This document shows positions 49,680 through 59,800 of a stretch of DNA of 64,000 nucleotides, in pieces. Positions within the stretch are counted from its first letter, which is position 1, and the number at the start of each line of letters is the position of its first letter. Location: NCBI GenBank assembly GCA_965248265.1, contig CBDFJF010000001.1, positions 2,400,001 to 2,464,000 on the forward strand. Reading direction: 5' to 3'. Below the pieces are notes generated by a model, which saw only the letters and a program-made list of their open reading frames with translations, had not been told where the DNA came from and did no database searches. The DNA comes from Candidatus Latescibacterota bacterium. Lineage in GTDB: Bacteria > Latescibacterota > UBA2968 > UBA8231. The position numbers and the translations under genes are program-made.

Positions 49680-52004
49680 TTACGATCCGGCTGCTAACGA
49701 CTGGCTCTCGCCTGATGCCTTTTGCGCCAAGGCCGTGACCACGCGGTCCGGACGCATCGGCAACTCACACAGCTCTATGCCCACGGCGTTGCGGATGGCA
49801 GCACTGATCGCGGCCGGTGGTGGCGCGATGTTCGCCTCTCCAACCCCGCGCACGCCATACGGGTGTCCGGGGTTGGGAACCTCGACGATGACGGTGTCGA
49901 TCATGGGCAGGTCCAGGGACGTCGGAATTCGGTAGTCGAGGTAGGTCGAGTTGGCCATACGCCCCTCATCGGTGTAGAAGTATTCCTCGTTGAGGGCCCA
50001 ACCAATGCCCTGAACGGATCCACCCTGCATCTGGCCTTCCACGTAGCTGGGGTGGATGGCCTTGCCAGCATCCTGGATGGCCGTAAACCGCAGGATATCC
50101 ACCTTGCCGGTTTCGGGATCGACCTCGACATCGACAATGTTGGCGGCGAAGGATCCGCCCACACCGGCGTCCGGATCGACCGTACCCCTGCCGACGACAG
50201 GTCCACCAGTACCATCCAGCTTACCTGCCAGTTCCTTGAAGGATAAACGCTTTGACGAGTCGCCGGTGTGACAATAGGAGCCGTCTTTGTACTCCACCTT
50301 GTCCACCTCTGTTTCCCACACCTTGGCAGCGCGCTCAATCATCTGTCGCTTGACATCCTGTGCCGCCTCGTACGCCGCCCACCCGGTCGCATAGGTCGTA
50401 CGCGAGCCGCCGGTTACGTCGGTGTAACCGATGCCACTGGTATCGGTGACGGTTGGGTTGATGTCTTCGGCCGCCAGTCCAAGCGCTTCGGCAAACTGCA
50501 TGGCGATGGAGGTCCGCGTGCCACCGATGTCGGTCGAGCCTTCGACCAGATGAACCGTGCCATCCGTGTTGACGCTGGCGACGACGCTCGATTTCAGCCC
50601 CACGTTGAACCAGTAGCCAAGGGCGAATCCTCGACCCCGATTGGGACCTTCCAGTGGCGCTGAGTAATGAGCATGCTCCTTGGCGACCTCGAGGGTTTCC
50701 TTGCAACCGATACGCGGGTAGACGACGCCGTCCGTGCGCCTGGTGCCCTCCACGGCGGAATTCTTGAGCCGAAAATCTATCGGGTCCAGGCCGAGCTTTT
50801 CTGCCAACGCATCCATGACCTTCTCGGTAGCGAAGGCAACCTGGGTTGAACCCGGAGCCCTGTAGGCGAAGCTGCGCGGTTTGTTGACGACCACGTCATA
50901 GCAGTCGATGAAGCCGTTGGGAATGTCGTAGCAGGCGAGCACGCACATGGCAGCGGCCCCGACCAGACCGCCGGGATAGGCGCCCGATTCGAAGGCGATA
51001 TAGGCGTCGGCTGCCGTGAGCTTCCCGGAGCTATCGGCGCCCATCTTCACGCGCACGTACGAACCGGGTGTAGGCCCAGTGCTCTCGAACACATCCGCCC
51101 TCGTCATCCCCATTTTAACCGGCTGTGCCGTCTTCTTGGACAACAGCGCTGCTGCGGGCTCGAGGTACACGGGGATCTTGCCACCGAAACCACCGCCGAT
51201 TTCCTGGGGCACGACCTTGACCTTCGATACCGGTATACCCAGGACCGCGGCAGCCTGCTTTTGTGTCGTAAAGGAACCCTGGGTGCTGCACCAGATGGTC
51301 AGCTGGCCGTCGGCCGTCCACATGGCCGTGCCGTTCTGCGGCTCGATGTAGCCCTGATGCACGGTCGCCGTGTCCACTTCGAACTCGGCCACCACGTCGG
51401 CCTCGGCGAAGCCCTTGTCCAGGTCACCCAACTTGTGTTGGAAGTGAGAGGCGATGTTGCTGACTCGGCCTGTGTCTTCGCCAAACTCCTGCGTCGTCAT
51501 GTCCTCGTGCAATTGCGGCGCGCCCTCCTTCATCGCATCGTGCACGTTGACCGCTGGCGGCAGCACTTCGTAATCCACCTGTATCAAGTCGAGCGCTTCT
51601 TCGGCGACGTGAAGACTGGTTGCGGCGACCGCGGCAACCGGGTGCCCTTTGTAGAGCACCTTGTCGGAGGCAAGAACATTGTCGCGCATGAATTTGACGC
51701 GGGCCGGTCCCTCCCCCAGGTCGATGATTTCGTCAGGACGTGTGGCGGGAAAATCCTTGGCCGTCACGACAGCGCGAACGCCCTCCAATGCCTCGGCCTT
51801 GCTGGTGTCGATCGACCGGATTTTGGCGTGGGCGTGTGGACTGCGCAGGACCTGGCCGTAGAGCATTCTCGGAAAGGTCACATCAGCTCCATAGACCGCC
51901 CGACCGGTGACCTTGTCGGTGCCGTCGTGGCGAATCGGACGCGTACCGAGGACCTTGTACTGCCCGTTCCCGAAGTTCTTGATCTGTCCGTGGCTCGATG
52001 ACAT
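49680..52004 (-). CDS. Xanthine dehydrogenase/CoxL-family molybdopterin-binding subunit
   Basis: DKVTGRAVY, RSPHAHA, GGGFGGK, AYRAPG, GQMQGG, RGVGE. Confidence 0.93.
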   Translation of the reverse strand: MSSSHGQIKNFGNGQYKVLGTRPIRHDGTDKVTGRAVYGADVTFPRMLYGQVLRSPHAHAKIRSIDTSKAEALEGVRAVVTAKDFPATRPDEIIDLGEGPARVKFMRDNVLASDKVLYKGHPVAAVAATSLHVAEEALDLIQVDYEVLPPAVNVHDAMKEGAPQLHEDMTTQEFGEDTGRVSNIASHFQHKLGDLDKGFAEADVVAEFEVDTATVHQGYIEPQNGTAMWTADGQLTIWCSTQGSFTTQKQAAAVLGIPVSKVKVVPQEIGGGFGGKIPVYLEPAAALLSKKTAQPVKMGMTRADVFESTGPTPGSYVRVKMGADSSGKLTAADAYIAFESGAYPGGLVGAAAMCVLACYDIPNGFIDCYDVVVNKPRSFAYRAPGSTQVAFATEKVMDALAEKLGLDPIDFRLKNSAVEGTRRTDGVVYPRIGCKETLEVAKEHAHYSAPLEGPNRGRGFALGYWFNVGLKSSVVASVNTDGTVHLVEGSTDIGGTRTSIAMQFAEALGLAAEDINPTVTDTSGIGYTDVTGGSRTTYATGWAAYEAAQDVKRQMIERAAKVWETEVDKVEYKDGSYCHTGDSSKRLSFKELAGKLDGTGGPVVGRGTVDPDAGVGGSFAANIVDVEVDPETGKVDILRFTAIQDAGKAIHPSYVEGQMQGGSVQGIGWALNEEYFYTDEGRMANSTYLDYRIPTSLDLPMIDTVIVEVPNPGHPYGVRGVGEANIAPPPAAISAAIRNAVGIELCELPMRPDRVVTALAQKASGESQSLAAGS

Positions 52005-52071
52005 GGCTACCCCCTGCTGTTGTTAGCCCTGATATCAGGGCAATCACTGTTTGTGATCTGGGCTGACACCA

Positions 52072-52536
52072 TTAACCTGCGGCGTCCAGTACCGCGCGGA
52101 CAATCTTGTCGTATCCAGTGCAGCGACACAGATTGCCTGCCAGCCAGTGCCTGACTTCATGCTCGCTCGGGTTGGGATTGCGATCGAGCAGGGCCTTGCT
52201 CGCCACCAGGAACCCCGGCGTGCAAATGCCGCACTGCAACCCGGCATGCTCGAGGAACTTCTGCTGCAGCGGATGCAGCTTGTCCGGCTTGGCCAGCCCC
52301 TCGACCGAGGTGATCTCCTTACCCTCGGCCTCCACCGCCATCACCAGACACGAATCCACAAGCACGCCATCCACGATAACGCTGCAGGCCCCGCAGTTGC
52401 CGTCGTTGCACCCCTCCTTGGTCCCCGTAAACCCCAGCTCCTCGCGCAAAACCTCTAGCAGACTCTGCCGCGGCTCACACAAGAAATCCGTCTCTTCACC
52501 ATTAATAACACAACTGACCTGAGTCTTCGCACTCAT
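52072..52536 (-). CDS. [2Fe-2S] subunit (CoxS-like)
   Basis: GCNDGNCGACS..C, QCGICTPG, NLCRCTGY. Confidence 0.95.
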   Translation of the reverse strand: MSAKTQVSCVINGEETDFLCEPRQSLLEVLREELGFTGTKEGCNDGNCGACSVIVDGVLVDSCLVMAVEAEGKEITSVEGLAKPDKLHPLQQKFLEHAGLQCGICTPGFLVASKALLDRNPNPSEHEVRHWLAGNLCRCTGYDKIVRAVLDAAG

Positions 52537-52636
52537 TCTCAATCCACCTTTTCTATATGACTAATCTCAATTTGCAGCAGTTCTCAGCCCTATCGGTTAG
52601 TCTTCACTTATTCGCACATATGGAAGCTCAGCTGGC

Positions 52637-52739
52637 GAAGGAGTTTCGCAGCACTGCGACTACTCCTTCCAAGCGGCTCCACCTCCTCAGGAGTTTCGCA
52701 AAGCGAAACTCCGAAAGAGTCGCCCTCAGGGCGACTCTT
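52637..52739. repeat. Three adjacent hairpins, two sharing AGGAGTTTCGCA
   Basis: GAAGGAGT..ACTCCTTC; GGAGTTTCGC-AAA-GCGAAACTCC; AAGAGTCGCCC-TCA-GGGCGACTCTT. Confidence 0.8.
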
Positions 52740-53637
52740 CCACGGCATTGGCCACAAACTCCCCACGAGCTCGCTTCACAGCCCCATGCAGCGCCCGCTT
52801 CGTCAGCACTCCAACCAGGTGGGTGCGAAACTCCGCCGGCCCGCGCATATCGGAAATCGGCTTGGCCGCCGCTTTCGCCGCTTCGGCCGCGGCCTCGATG
52901 TTTTCATCCGAGACCGCCTGCCCCGTCAACATGTCACCCGCTGCCTGGGCGAACACGGGAGTCGGCGCCACAGAGGCCAGACCAATGCGCGCCAACTTGA
53001 AGGTCTGCGACTTGCCGCGGCCGCCCAACTCTACGTATGCGCCGGAGCCTACGACGGCGATATCCATTTCATTTCTGGGGATGAAGCGCAGATAGTGAGC
53101 CCCTGCGTTCTTGCGGTTGGCCGGCAGCTTGATCGATACCAGCAACTCGTCCGCAGCAAGGCAAGTCTGCCCGGGCGCGGTGCAAACGTCCTCGACGGGC
53201 AGTCTGCGCTTGCCATTGGGTCCGACGATCTCACATTGCGCGCTGTAGGCGATCAAGATCGGGATGGTGTCCGCCGAAGGCGCCGCGTTGCACAGATTGC
53301 CGCCTACCGAGGCGCGACCCTGGATCTGGATTCCGCCGATTATGGAGGCCGTGTCGATCAAACCCGGGTAGCGCTCCACGACTTCGGCGTTTTCATACAG
53401 CGTATGGCACGGCACGGCGGCCCCGATGACGAGGCCTCGCCGCGGGCTGAATGACAGCTCGTTGAGCTCGGGGATGTTCTTGATATCCACGACACGTTGA
53501 GGTTGTCGTCTGCCGATGCGCATCTGCACGATCAGGTCCGTGCCACCGGCCAGCACTCTGGCCTCTTTCCCGTTGGCCCCGAGCGCCTTGACTGCCTCGC
53601 GCACCGTTTTTGGGGCAACGTATTCGAAATTTTTCAA
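52726..53637 (-). CDS. FAD-binding subunit (CoxM-like)
   Basis: LAGGTDL, IGGIQIQGRASVGGNLCNAAPSAD, PISDMRG. Confidence 0.93.
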   Translation of the reverse strand: MKNFEYVAPKTVREAVKALGANGKEARVLAGGTDLIVQMRIGRRQPQRVVDIKNIPELNELSFSPRRGLVIGAAVPCHTLYENAEVVERYPGLIDTASIIGGIQIQGRASVGGNLCNAAPSADTIPILIAYSAQCEIVGPNGKRRLPVEDVCTAPGQTCLAADELLVSIKLPANRKNAGAHYLRFIPRNEMDIAVVGSGAYVELGGRGKSQTFKLARIGLASVAPTPVFAQAAGDMLTGQAVSDENIEAAAEAAKAAAKPISDMRGPAEFRTHLVGVLTKRALHGAVKRARGEFVANAVEESP

Positions 53638-53822
53638 AGAGATTTCCTCGCTTCGATTTGCTCACGTGTTCATGACCCCTGGCGCAGTGATGCTGCCCGG
53701 AGCTGGTCCGCATTGAGCTTGGTTGGAGGCAGGTCGATCGGAGCCATCCCGACCCGTCCACAGAGGACATATTTTCGCCACGGGCCCACCGGGCGTCAAG
53801 GAGGACCTGCCACTCCCGCAAA

Positions 53823-56800
53823 TCAGCTCCCCGGCTGCAACCCCGTGTGCTCAGCATCGGAGTGTCCGATCAGCGGCTGGCGCATGATGCCGAAACGTTG
53901 AAGCGCCAGATCCAACAGCTTCATGGCCGTGGGAACCCCGACCAGGATGATTACAGTGGCGAACAAAATACCGAAGCCGAGGCTCACGGCCATCGGAATC
54001 AGGAATTGCGCCTGCAGGCTCGTCTCCAGCATCATTGGCAACAGGGCGAAGAAAGTGGTCATAGAGGTCAGAAAAATGGGCCGGAAGCGTTGACGGCCGG
54101 CCTCTACCAGGGCTTCATCCACGGGCATGCCGTCGTCTCGCAGCTGGTTATAGAAGGTCAGCAGAATCAACGAGTCGTTGACGACGACGCCGGACAGAGC
54201 GACGATCCCGAACATGCTCAACATCGCCAGATCGAGCCCCATCAAAACGTGGCCCCAAACCGCTCCGATCATGCCGAAGGGAATCGCGCTCATGACGACC
54301 AGAGGCTGCAGGTAGGATCGGAAGGGGATCGCCAGCAACGCGAAAATGACCAACATGGCCACGGCGAAGCCCTTTCCCAGACTGTCGAAGGAGTCGGCGC
54401 GCTCGCGCTGTTCTCCCTCGTAGCTGTAGCGCAATCCGGGATAGTCCTGCAACAGCTGCGGCAGAAATTCATCCGCAAGTGCCCGGTTGATCTCGTCGGC
54501 GTTGGCGACTTTCTCATCGACGTCCGCTTTCACGCTGACCACCCGCTGCCCGTCGGTGCGCGCGATCGAGGCATATCCGTAGCCGATGGAAACCTCCGCC
54601 ACGTGGGAGAAGGCGACCTCGGCCCCGATAGGGGTACGGACTCTCATGCGCTCGATATCGGCGATGCTCTGCCGTTGGGCCTCCGGATAGCGGACCATCA
54701 CTCGCACATCGTCACGGCCTCGCTGCAGACGCAGGGCCTGGGCTCCGTAAAACCCCTCTCGTACCTGGCGGGCGAGATCGGCCATGGTCAGCCCAAGGGT
54801 CCGGGCTTGAGGCTTCAGCTGAAGCTTCATCTCCAGCTTGCCCTCCTGGAAGCTGTCTTGTACGTCCGTGGTTCCGGGATAGCGGGAAATCTCTGTTTTC
54901 ACCCGCTCGACGGCCTGCAAAAGTTGCGGAAAGTCATCCGAGGCCAGTTGTACGTCGATCGGATTGCCCACACTGAAGATGGTGGCGCTGAAGGTGATAG
55001 ACTCGGTACCGGACACCTCGCCGAGCTGTTCGCGTACCCGCGTCGCCATCTCTGTACTGGGGATTCCCCTCTCTTCCGACGGCAGCAACTCGATCGTGAT
55101 CTCGGCCAGGTGAGCCTCGCCGACCCCGCCACCGCTAGATCGAAACTGGCTGTTCCTGCCCATGGGTTGGTCTCCGATGAGGCTGAAGACGTTCCGGTAC
55201 ACGGAAGGTTCGTCTGGCCCGCGCAGCGCGTCGTACTCCTCACGCACCTCAATCGCGGCCGCTTCGATACGCTCGATCACGGACCGGGTCTGATCGACTG
55301 TCGTTCCTTGGGGCATGACGACGGCGATGGTGAGCCAGTCGGAGTCGATGGACGGCATGAACACGAACTTGATGTGGCCCCCAGCAATCCAGCCGAAGGT
55401 GACCAACATCAAGGCGAACGCCGCGGCAACGGAAATGGCAGGGCGCCTCACGGTGGCGCGCGCAACCGGCGTATAATGGTTTTCGATGAATTGTCTGAGA
55501 TAGCTGTTGGCCCGCGCCGCGACGGCTTCATGCAGACGCAGCGGCCAGCCGAATAGCTTGCCCATCAGACCGGCAGCCACCCCGGGAGGCGACGACAGAT
55601 GGGCCGGCAGTATGAACAGCGCTTCGACTAGGGACAGAATCAGAACAGACACCACGATGATGGGTATGACGATCATGAACTTTCCCATCATGCCGTCGAC
55701 GAACGCCAGAGGCATGAAGGCGGCTATCGAGGTCAGGATCGTGAACACGACCGGCTTGCCCACTTCCACGGTGCCGTCGACGGCTGCCCGCACCAGATCC
55801 TTCCCCCGTTCACGGTGCGCGAACACGTTCTCCCCAACAACGATGGCATCGTCGACGACGATACCCAGGGCCACGATGAAGGCGAACAGGGACAACATGT
55901 TGATGGAGACATCGAATGGCTGGATCAGCAGAAAGCTGCCGAGAAACGAAATCGGGATCCCCATCATCACCCAGAAGGCCAGTCGAATATCCAGAAACAG
56001 ACTCAGACCGATGAACACCAGCACCAAACCGAGCCGGGCATTGCGCAACAGCAGATCGAGACGGCTGCGCAGTATGCGCGCATCATCACGCACGTACTCG
56101 ATGCTGATGCCGGCCGGCATGAAATCCTTGGCCTCCCCTTCGACGTAGGCTTTGACCGTATCGGAGATCTCAAGTGAACTCTGGTCTCCCGTGCGAAACA
56201 CCTGGATGACAGCCGCTGGATAGCCATTGAAGCGGCTGATTAAATCGCTGTCCTCGAATCCGTCCACGACATCGGCGATCTCACCGAGCCGCAACGCCGT
56301 ACCATCGGGACGCGTGAGCACGACGATGTCCTCGTACTCGGAGCCGTCATACTTCAATCCCTGTGTGCGTACGAGCACCTCGCCATCGTTGCCCCGCACA
56401 CTGCCGCCGGGAAGGTCCAGGCTGGTCCGGCGCACGGCGTCGGCCACTCCGCCTATCGTGATGCCGTGGCGTCGAAGTGCTTTCTCCGAGACTTCGACTG
56501 CAATCTCGTCGATGCGCACCCCCAGTAACTCTACCTTGGAAATGCCATCCCGTCCGCGCAGGTCGTCCCGCACCTGCTCGGCCGCCGTTTTCAGGGCTGA
56601 TTCAGAAACGTTTCCGAAGACGACCACGTCGACGACGCGATTGGTACGAATGAGTTCCTTGATCACGGGCTTTTCAGTTTCTACCGGAAAAGTCTCGATG
56701 CGATCGATTTCGTTCTTAATGTCATCGACCAGCTTGTCCATCTCCTCGCCGAGCTCCAACTCGACACTTACTACCCCCATCCCCTCACTTGCCGTTGACC

Positions 56801-57044
56801 GAATCTTGCGCACACCTTCCATGCCTTCGAGGCGCTCCTCGATTCGCCGGCAAACCCCCTCCTCCACGTCCTCGGGGCTGGCGCCCAGGTAAGGCACCTG
56901 AATCTGGACTGTGTCGAGCTCGATCTCGGGAAAAGTCTCGATCGTCATGCTGGCGATACCCAATGCACCGGTCATCAGCACGAAGACCATCAGCAGATTG
57001 GCAGCGACGTGATTTCGCGCCATCCAGGCGACTGGTTTCTTCAT
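53823..57044 (-). CDS. AcrB/MdtC-type RND permease
   Basis: NHVAANLLM, LGIVVDDAIVVGEN, GVVVNDS, RFRPIFLT. Confidence 0.93.
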   Translation of the reverse strand: MKKPVAWMARNHVAANLLMVFVLMTGALGIASMTIETFPEIELDTVQIQVPYLGASPEDVEEGVCRRIEERLEGMEGVRKIRSTASEGMGVVSVELELGEEMDKLVDDIKNEIDRIETFPVETEKPVIKELIRTNRVVDVVVFGNVSESALKTAAEQVRDDLRGRDGISKVELLGVRIDEIAVEVSEKALRRHGITIGGVADAVRRTSLDLPGGSVRGNDGEVLVRTQGLKYDGSEYEDIVVLTRPDGTALRLGEIADVVDGFEDSDLISRFNGYPAAVIQVFRTGDQSSLEISDTVKAYVEGEAKDFMPAGISIEYVRDDARILRSRLDLLLRNARLGLVLVFIGLSLFLDIRLAFWVMMGIPISFLGSFLLIQPFDVSINMLSLFAFIVALGIVVDDAIVVGENVFAHRERGKDLVRAAVDGTVEVGKPVVFTILTSIAAFMPLAFVDGMMGKFMIVIPIIVVSVLILSLVEALFILPAHLSSPPGVAAGLMGKLFGWPLRLHEAVAARANSYLRQFIENHYTPVARATVRRPAISVAAAFALMLVTFGWIAGGHIKFVFMPSIDSDWLTIAVVMPQGTTVDQTRSVIERIEAAAIEVREEYDALRGPDEPSVYRNVFSLIGDQPMGRNSQFRSSGGGVGEAHLAEITIELLPSEERGIPSTEMATRVREQLGEVSGTESITFSATIFSVGNPIDVQLASDDFPQLLQAVERVKTEISRYPGTTDVQDSFQEGKLEMKLQLKPQARTLGLTMADLARQVREGFYGAQALRLQRGRDDVRVMVRYPEAQRQSIADIERMRVRTPIGAEVAFSHVAEVSIGYGYASIARTDGQRVVSVKADVDEKVANADEINRALADEFLPQLLQDYPGLRYSYEGEQRERADSFDSLGKGFAVAMLVIFALLAIPFRSYLQPLVVMSAIPFGMIGAVWGHVLMGLDLAMLSMFGIVALSGVVVNDSLILLTFYNQLRDDGMPVDEALVEAGRQRFRPIFLTSMTTFFALLPMMLETSLQAQFLIPMAVSLGFGILFATVIILVGVPTAMKLLDLALQRFGIMRQPLIGHSDAEHTGLQPGS

Positions 57045-58354
57045 CGCTGACTGTCCCTCCCCCGATCTTCCTCAAGACGGACCTTCATGCCATCGGTCGC
57101 TCCCTTCAGTCTGGACACGATGACCCGCTCGTCAGCCTCCTCCAAGTCGACGCGGATCAGGACGTCATCGATTCCCTTGCGTACCACCTCGACCGGGCGC
57201 ACCCGCAGGACACCGTCACCTCCAGACGTCCAAACCACGTCATCCGGACGCAGTGCCACGCGAGGAATCCGACGGATCCCGTCGACTGCGCGACCGCGGA
57301 TGGCGACGTCGACGAAGAGTCCCACCGGCGGCTCCACCGCGGCATCATGTGATTGTCCGCCCACTTCGACGACGAGGTGCGCCATGCGGCTCTGCGGATC
57401 CAGCTCCGCCTCAGCGCGTGCTACCTGACCATTCCATTCGTAATGCTGGCCACCGTACTCGGCGCTCACGATCGCCTGCGATGGTTGATGGGCCGGATGC
57501 GGCGGCCCCTCGGTCCCGCCTCTACCGTGCACGTGCGTCCCCATGCTGTTGGTCCCGGTGTCCACGGCTTCCGGGATGGGCAAGGTGATCCATTGGAGAT
57601 CCTCATCAGGGATCGGGACGACGATCTCTGCTTTGTGAATGCTGTAGAGCCTGGCCACGGGCTGTCCGGCATGCACGTATTGCGCCTCATCCAGGCTGGT
57701 CTGCCTGACCCGACCGTCGAAAGGGGCGTGAAGCTTGGTACGTTCCAGCCGCAAGCCAGCCTCGGCAACACGCGCCCTCGCGGACAACACTCTGGCTTCT
57801 GCCGCCCGTAGCTGAGGTATGTGCAAGACCAAAGGTTCGGGAGACGACCCAGGAGGACGTCCATCCAACGCTGTCCCTTCCTTTGCGGTCACCAGAGCCC
57901 ATTCAGCCTTGGCGACCTTGGCCTCGCCGACGGCGATTTCCATTCCATAGGCCGCCTGCGCGAGTTCGGCTTCGGCGGCCTGTACCGCCAGCTCGTAATC
58001 CCGCGGATCGATCTGCACCAGAAGATCGTCAGCGTTGACGAACCCACCGGACTCCAGATGCGGAGATTTCCATATCACGATTCCAGACACCTGTGGCACC
58101 AGGTCGATCTCCGCCGCCGGCCGGACAGCTCCAAATCCGGTAACCACGACCGGCGTCGAGTGTTCCGGTGCCGCCATCGACTCCACCAGTGGACCCTGGT
58201 AGGGTGTCACGACCTTCTCTGGCGGCTTTTTGGTCATGACCATGGCTGCGAAGACGCCGACCCCGGCAAGAATGATAACAGCCGGAACCAAGAATCTTAG
58301 CACCGCTCCGGCCTTCTTTTCGTCAGGTTGGTCCGATTGAACGGTTTCTGTCAT
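57041..58354 (-). CDS. RND periplasmic adaptor
   Basis: N-terminal TM helix, PQVSG, IDPRDYEL, APFDG. Confidence 0.9.
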   Translation of the reverse strand: MTETVQSDQPDEKKAGAVLRFLVPAVIILAGVGVFAAMVMTKKPPEKVVTPYQGPLVESMAAPEHSTPVVVTGFGAVRPAAEIDLVPQVSGIVIWKSPHLESGGFVNADDLLVQIDPRDYELAVQAAEAELAQAAYGMEIAVGEAKVAKAEWALVTAKEGTALDGRPPGSSPEPLVLHIPQLRAAEARVLSARARVAEAGLRLERTKLHAPFDGRVRQTSLDEAQYVHAGQPVARLYSIHKAEIVVPIPDEDLQWITLPIPEAVDTGTNSMGTHVHGRGGTEGPPHPAHQPSQAIVSAEYGGQHYEWNGQVARAEAELDPQSRMAHLVVEVGGQSHDAAVEPPVGLFVDVAIRGRAVDGIRRIPRVALRPDDVVWTSGGDGVLRVRPVEVVRKGIDDVLIRVDLEEADERVIVSRLKGATDGMKVRLEEDRGRDSQR

Positions 58355-59799
58355 TGCACCTTCGAACCTTGTGAATCGTGTGGTTCCATGTTGCTCGAAA
58401 GGGACTGCTCGAATCCCCCGCCAAGCGCGAGATGAAGATCCAACCTGTTGTCGAGCCGCTGACGACGGACGGCGATGAACCGGCTTTGAGCGTCGAAGGC
58501 ACGGCGCTGGGAATCCAGCATCGTGATCAGATCACTCAGTCCCCGCTGATAGCGATCCTCGGCCAGCCTTCGCGCCGCCAGCGCCTCCTCCGCGGAGATG
58601 GCCAAGGCGGCCTCCTGCAACGCCAGATAGCCTTCTGCAGCCAGCGCCACTTCCACCTCTCCCAGCGCGCGCAGCACGCTTTGGGCGAAAGCGGCTATGG
58701 CTCCGTCGACGTTGGCCTCGGCCATTTCGACACCGCCGCGGAGACGGCCACCCTGAAAAAGTGGCTGGGTCAGATTGGCGGCGAGGTTCCAGACCGAGAA
58801 ATCCCCCTTGAGCAGATCCGCCAGCTCCTCACTGCTGCGGCCGCTGGAGGCTGTGAGGCTGATGCTCGGGTAGAGGGCTCTCCTGGCCTGAACCAGGCGA
58901 GCATCGGCCGCGGCCAGCCGGCGCTCGGCTGCCACCAGATCGGGTCGGCGGCGAATCAACTCAGAGGGCAGACCTACCGGCACTTGCTCGTTCAATTGTG
59001 GGAGTTGAGCACTGGCTCGGAGCGAGGCTCCTGGATATCGGCCCAGGAGAGACTCCAGTTGCCTTCGAGCGAAATCCAGTGTTTGATCCCGCTGATGCAG
59101 CGCCGCTTGTGCGGTGGCCGTCGATGAGCGCCCGAGGCGCAGATCCAGGGACGGCCGCAAACCTCGTTCGTAGCGCTCGCGTATCTGGGCGTAAGCCAAT
59201 CGTTGGTTGTCCAATGTCTCGCGCGCCAGCTCGGCCTGGGTGCGGGCCTCGATCACGGCGAAGTAGCCGCGTGCGGTCTGGGCGGCAAGCGACAAACGGG
59301 CGGCGCGCAGGTCTGCACTCGATGCCATCACCTCGGCGAGAGCTGCTGCCTCCCCCGCTCGCAACCGGCCCCACAGGTCAATCTCCCAGCTCAGATTCAG
59401 ACTGACACCGTTGTTCGTCGTCGTCGATGTTAGGACATCACCCCCGCCGCCTGGAATGGGAAATCCAATGAAATTCTGGCGGCGCCTGGATGTCGTCCCC
59501 GTGGCCTGTAGCTGCGGCCACAGCGGGGCACCGGCGATGCGGGCTTGTGCCGTGGCCGCCGTCATCCTCGAGGCGGCCAACCGCAAGTCCCAGTTGGTGG
59601 TCACGGCTTCGTCAATCAAGGCCAGCAACGTCGAATCGGCCAGATTCGTCCACCACAATGAATCGACCTTTCCGCCTGCATGAACCGTCTGCCAGTTTGA
59701 TGGCAGCTCCCATTCCAGTTGAGGTTCCGTCACCTTTGGGACTGAAGCGCATCCCAGGGCTGCGACGAGGAGAAAGGTGAAGAGCGCGGCTGCGGACAT
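58351..59799 (-). CDS. NodT/OprM-family outer membrane lipoprotein
   Basis: Lipobox ALG-C, WWT, WEIDLWGR, LPSELIRRRPD, ALGGG. Confidence 0.92.
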   Translation of the reverse strand: MSAAALFTFLLVAALGCASVPKVTEPQLEWELPSNWQTVHAGGKVDSLWWTNLADSTLLALIDEAVTTNWDLRLAASRMTAATAQARIAGAPLWPQLQATGTTSRRRQNFIGFPIPGGGGDVLTSTTTNNGVSLNLSWEIDLWGRLRAGEAAALAEVMASSADLRAARLSLAAQTARGYFAVIEARTQAELARETLDNQRLAYAQIRERYERGLRPSLDLRLGRSSTATAQAALHQRDQTLDFARRQLESLLGRYPGASLRASAQLPQLNEQVPVGLPSELIRRRPDLVAAERRLAAADARLVQARRALYPSISLTASSGRSSEELADLLKGDFSVWNLAANLTQPLFQGGRLRGGVEMAEANVDGAIAAFAQSVLRALGEVEVALAAEGYLALQEAALAISAEEALAARRLAEDRYQRGLSDLITMLDSQRRAFDAQSRFIAVRRQRLDNRLDLHLALGGGFEQSLSSNMEPHDSQGSKVQ

Positions 59800-59800
59800 C

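Noticed and set aside
53847-55556. Long antisense ORFs (569 aa here; also 13158-14192, 43077-44051 and others)
   Set aside because: Shadow frames of well-supported opposite-strand genes in high-GC DNA, with no recognisable motifs.
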